Shown here piece after piece: positions 60,768-64,000 of a stretch of DNA of 64,000 nt. This DNA comes from Candidatus Kapaibacterium sp. (lineage in GTDB: Bacteria; Bacteroidota; Ignavibacteria; Kapaibacteriales; UBA2268), in NCBI GenBank assembly GCA_963665665.1, contig OY762428.1, positions 1,984,001 to 2,048,000 on the forward strand, read 5' to 3'. The notes beneath the pieces were generated by a model. That model was not told the DNA's origin. It saw only the letters and a list, made by a program, of their open reading frames with translations, and ran no database searches. The translations under genes and the position numbers were made by a program. Numbering within the stretch: the stretch's first letter is position 1; each line of letters starts with the position of its first letter.

Positions 60768-61730
60768 ATGAAAAATTTTGCCATTACAGGGGTGGCCGGA
60801 TATATTGCCCCAAGACACCTAAAAGCAATTCATGATACGGGGAACCGGCTAATTGCAGCAGTCGATCCGCATGATTCCGTAGGAATATTGGACAGGGATT
60901 TCAAAGATGTAAGTTTTTTTACTGAATTTGAAAGATTCGATCGTCACCTGGAAAAACTGAGAAGATACGACCAGGAAAATAAAATTGATTTTCTGACAAT
61001 TTGCTCCCCCAATCATCTTCATGATGCTCACATCAGGCTGGCTTTAAGGCTCGGGGCCGATGCAATATGCGAAAAACCACTCGTATTGAAGGCTTCCAAT
61101 CTTGATACTCTTCAGGAACTGGAGGATGAAACAGGAAGAAAAGTATATAATGTACTTCAGCTGAGGGTTCATCCTGCAATAATGGCATTGAAAGAAAAAT
61201 TTTCTGCTAAGCCCAAAAATGGCAAACATGAAATATTACTTACATATATCACTTCCCGAGGCCCGTGGTATCATTATTCATGGAAGGGTAATATTGAAAA
61301 ATCCGGTGGTGTTGCCACTAATATCGGCATACATTTCTATGATATGCTTATGTGGATTTTCGGCCCTGTTATTGGTACTGAACTTCATATTTCCGAAAAC
61401 AGCAAAATGGGCGGATATATAGAATTAGAAAATGCAAATGTACGCTGGTTCCTTTCGATTGACAGGAACGACCTTCCCAAGGAAGTAACAGAAAAAGGGC
61501 AGACTACATTCAGGTCAATTACTATCGACAGCGAAGAAATCGATTTTACTCACGGATTTACAGACCTTCATACAGAGGTTTACAGGGATATACTCAAAGG
61601 TGGCGGATATGGCCTGAAGGATGCCCGCCCATCGATTGAACTGGTAGAAAAGATCAGGAACCTGGATATTGTTTCTGATACGGCAAAAACTCATCCCTAT
61701 ATACTGGAACTAATTAAAGGAAATAAATAA
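60768..61730 (+). CDS. wbpB: UDP-GlcNAcA 3-dehydrogenase (WbpB/WlbA, Gfo/Idh/MocA family)
   Basis: GVAGYIAPRH, CSPNHLHDAH, CEKPLV, GGVATNIGIHF, GFTDLHT. Confidence 0.88.
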   Translation: MKNFAITGVAGYIAPRHLKAIHDTGNRLIAAVDPHDSVGILDRDFKDVSFFTEFERFDRHLEKLRRYDQENKIDFLTICSPNHLHDAHIRLALRLGADAICEKPLVLKASNLDTLQELEDETGRKVYNVLQLRVHPAIMALKEKFSAKPKNGKHEILLTYITSRGPWYHYSWKGNIEKSGGVATNIGIHFYDMLMWIFGPVIGTELHISENSKMGGYIELENANVRWFLSIDRNDLPKEVTEKGQTTFRSITIDSEEIDFTHGFTDLHTEVYRDILKGGGYGLKDARPSIELVEKIRNLDIVSDTAKTHPYILELIKGNK

Positions 61731-62309
61731 ATGGATTATTTTGTTCATGAATCATCCTATGTTGATGATAATGTTGAAATTGGCGAAGGTACAAAGATAT
61801 GGCATTTTTCCCACGTGCAAAGCGGAACTAAAATCGGAGAGAAGTGTGTATTCGGGCAGAATGTTAACGTTGGTAACAATGTTAAAATCGGTAGTTTTGT
61901 GAAAGTACAAAACAATGTTTCTATTTATGAGGGTGTCGAGCTTGAAGATTATGTTTTCTGCGGCCCGTCGATGGTATTTACAAATGTTATCGACCCGAAA
62001 TGCCTTTACCCGCAGCGCGGTTCGGAATTCTATTATAAAACTCTGGTAAAATTTAATGCATCTATCGGCGCTAATGCAACTATAGTCTGCGGAAATACAA
62101 TTGGCCGCCATGCTATGATAGGCGCCGGTTCCGTTGTTACAAAGGATATTCCTGATTATGCTCTGGTTGTTGGCGTGCCGGGCAAAATAATCGGCTGGGT
62201 TAGCGAGGCAGGCAAAAGGCTTGAATTCAACGAAGATGGAATTGCATTTTGTGATAAATCCGGTAAAAAATATAAGTTAACTGATAATATCTGCAAAGAA
62301 GTTGATTGA
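61731..62309 (+). CDS. wbpD: UDP-GlcNAc3NA N-acetyltransferase (WbpD/WlbB)
   Basis: KIWHFSH, GQNV, KVQNNVSIY, FCGPSMVFTNV hexapeptide repeats. Confidence 0.88.
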   Translation: MDYFVHESSYVDDNVEIGEGTKIWHFSHVQSGTKIGEKCVFGQNVNVGNNVKIGSFVKVQNNVSIYEGVELEDYVFCGPSMVFTNVIDPKCLYPQRGSEFYYKTLVKFNASIGANATIVCGNTIGRHAMIGAGSVVTKDIPDYALVVGVPGKIIGWVSEAGKRLEFNEDGIAFCDKSGKKYKLTDNICKEVD

Positions 62310-62417
62310 TTAATACTTAAGTAATGATTTATTTTGACATTGAATTAAAAATATTTTATCTTTGTATGTGTAATTTGTGAAATACTTCACGTGATAATTT
62401 CGGGGGACACTTTATAG

Positions 62418-63518
62418 ATGCTTCATAACAAAACAGTTGCAGTTGTAGTTCCGGCTTACAATGAAGAAAGCCAGATTGGTATGGTTATCGATACCATGCC
62501 TGAATTTGTTGACAGGATTGTTATCGTTAACGATAAATCCAAAGACAAAACTGCCGAAGTTGTTATGGAATATATCAAGAAAGAGAAAAAAGGCAAAACA
62601 ATTATAGATAAAGCCCTTAGCAAGATAAAGCAAAACAAATTCAACCGAGCGGAAGTTGTTCTCCAGGAAGCAAATAAAAAAGAAATAGAGCTTTTTACAC
62701 CTTTTGAAGTTGCCAACGAAGACCCTGATAATTGCAGGATAATTCTTGTAAACCACATTGAAAACGGAGGTGTTGGAGCGGCAATAGCCACCGGGTACAA
62801 GTGGTGCAAAGATCACGATATAGACTGTACTGCCGTTATGGCAGGTGACGGACAGATGGACCCCGGTGAACTTGAAAGAATTTGTGAACCGGTTGTAAAA
62901 GAAGGGATTGATTATGTGAAAGGTAACCGCCTGATTCACCGCAGCGCTTTGCTGGTAATCCCGAAAGTCAGGTATATTGGTAACTCAATGCTTTCCATTC
63001 TTACAAAAATAGCTTCCGGATATTGGCACGTTTCCGATACTCAAACCGGTTATACTGCCATATCCAAAAGCGCCCTGAATGCAATCAGGCTTCACCAGAT
63101 ATTTAAAAGATACGGAATGCCAAATGATATGCTGGTTAAATTGAATATTTCCATGTGCAGCCTCAGGGAAATTGAGATCAAACCGGTATACGATGTGGGC
63201 GAACAAAGTAAAATGAAGATAGGCAAAGTTATTCCAACCGTATCATGGCTTCTTGTAAAATCCTTCTTCAAGCGTTTATGGTTCAAGTATCTTTTCAGGG
63301 ATTTTCACCCTCTGTTTCTCCTTTATCACCTGGCGCTGATTCTTGCAGTTATATGTCTTCCTGTAGGATTGAACATGCTCTATGCCATATTCGATCATGG
63401 AAATATGATAGCTGATCAAACCCTTCTGATTTTCATCTTTCTTGCTACCAGCAGTTTCCAGTCTTTCCTGTTTGCGATGTGGATGGATATACAGGATAAT
63501 GAGCGGCTCTATAAGTAG
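62418..63518 (+). CDS. GT2 glycosyltransferase (DPM/GtrB-like) with C-terminal TM helices
   Basis: VVVPAYNEE, VNDKSKD, NGGVG.A, GDGQMDP, DTQTGY. Confidence 0.88.
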   Translation: MLHNKTVAVVVPAYNEESQIGMVIDTMPEFVDRIVIVNDKSKDKTAEVVMEYIKKEKKGKTIIDKALSKIKQNKFNRAEVVLQEANKKEIELFTPFEVANEDPDNCRIILVNHIENGGVGAAIATGYKWCKDHDIDCTAVMAGDGQMDPGELERICEPVVKEGIDYVKGNRLIHRSALLVIPKVRYIGNSMLSILTKIASGYWHVSDTQTGYTAISKSALNAIRLHQIFKRYGMPNDMLVKLNISMCSLREIEIKPVYDVGEQSKMKIGKVIPTVSWLLVKSFFKRLWFKYLFRDFHPLFLLYHLALILAVICLPVGLNMLYAIFDHGNMIADQTLLIFIFLATSSFQSFLFAMWMDIQDNERLYK

Positions 63519-63530
63519 CTGTAAATCTGA

Positions 63531-63998
63531 TTATTCCTCAAAGAAATAGCCTTCATTTTTAATTACCAGATCAATTTTCCATTTCATTACAATGAATAGC
63601 TGGTCGGATTTCGATGATTTCACGTACCATTTATCTTTACCGGCCTCATAGAAATACAGGCATGTTTCGTTTATTATTAACGATCTCCACAAGGGAGGCA
63701 ATTCTGCAGGCGGATTGTCTTCGAAAAGATCGGTCTTGTAGTCAGCAAGATATTTAAGCAAAGCATCAAGGGCTTCCTTATTAACTTCCTTATTATTCAG
63801 AAGCCAGTTCCCGGCATGTTGTTCTAAAACAAAATTGTTCCCTTCGCCCGAGTATGCAATACTTCTAATAGCATCTTTAGCAATTTTAAATATCGTTTTG
63901 TCTCTCCAGTCCGACAGTGGAGCGCTGAAAACACCTGCAAGAGCACCTTTAATTAATTTTACTTCGTTGCTGCCGGGTTCGCGGACATAGGAATCCAG
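63531..63998 (-). CDS. DUF4340-like protein, 5' truncated by window edge
   Basis: Frame open to the window end: YVREPGSNEV...DWRDKTIF...W motif. Confidence 0.65.
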   Translation of the reverse strand: MDSYVREPGSNEVKLIKGALAGVFSAPLSDWRDKTIFKIAKDAIRSIAYSGEGNNFVLEQHAGNWLLNNKEVNKEALDALLKYLADYKTDLFEDNPPAELPPLWRSLIINETCLYFYEAGKDKWYVKSSKSDQLFIVMKWKIDLVIKNEGYFFEE

Positions 63999-64000
63999 AC

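Overview
AT-rich bacterial chromosome segment, most consistent with the Bacteroidota-Chlorobi-Ignavibacteria/Kapabacteria group (many T9SS C-terminal domains, TAnnTTTG-type promoters, but Shine-Dalgarno sites retained). Housekeeping genes: ugd, DEAD-box helicase, prc, a nucleotidyltransferase-metK-ahcY operon, tatC, polyprenyl synthase, adk, pheT-coiled coil-zapA-6S RNA-rny, a sirC-like gene, wbpB/wbpD and a GT2. These are interleaved with many secreted proteins. The most striking structure is a head-to-tail array at 20.9-26.5 kb: four T9SS beta-propeller-like genes plus a truncated fifth, where variable payloads lie between ~420-bp junction repeats (T9SS CTD + 12-bp spacer + next signal peptide) whose synonymous SNPs look like crossovers. 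The same constant-tail/variable-payload pattern recurs in two more T9SS genes and a pair of IPTL-CTERM LamG proteins. Other candidates: a KamA-like radical SAM/PLP aminomutase and a BirA-fold ligase with a remodelled substrate loop, flanking an oppositely oriented gene block (possible new protein-modification pair); a tandem double alkaline phosphatase with a Pho-like box; an IS3 inserted into a palindrome; 17-bp and 42-bp tandem repeats; a candidate sRNA; and three REP-like palindrome families. All assignments come from reading motifs; no database searches were run.
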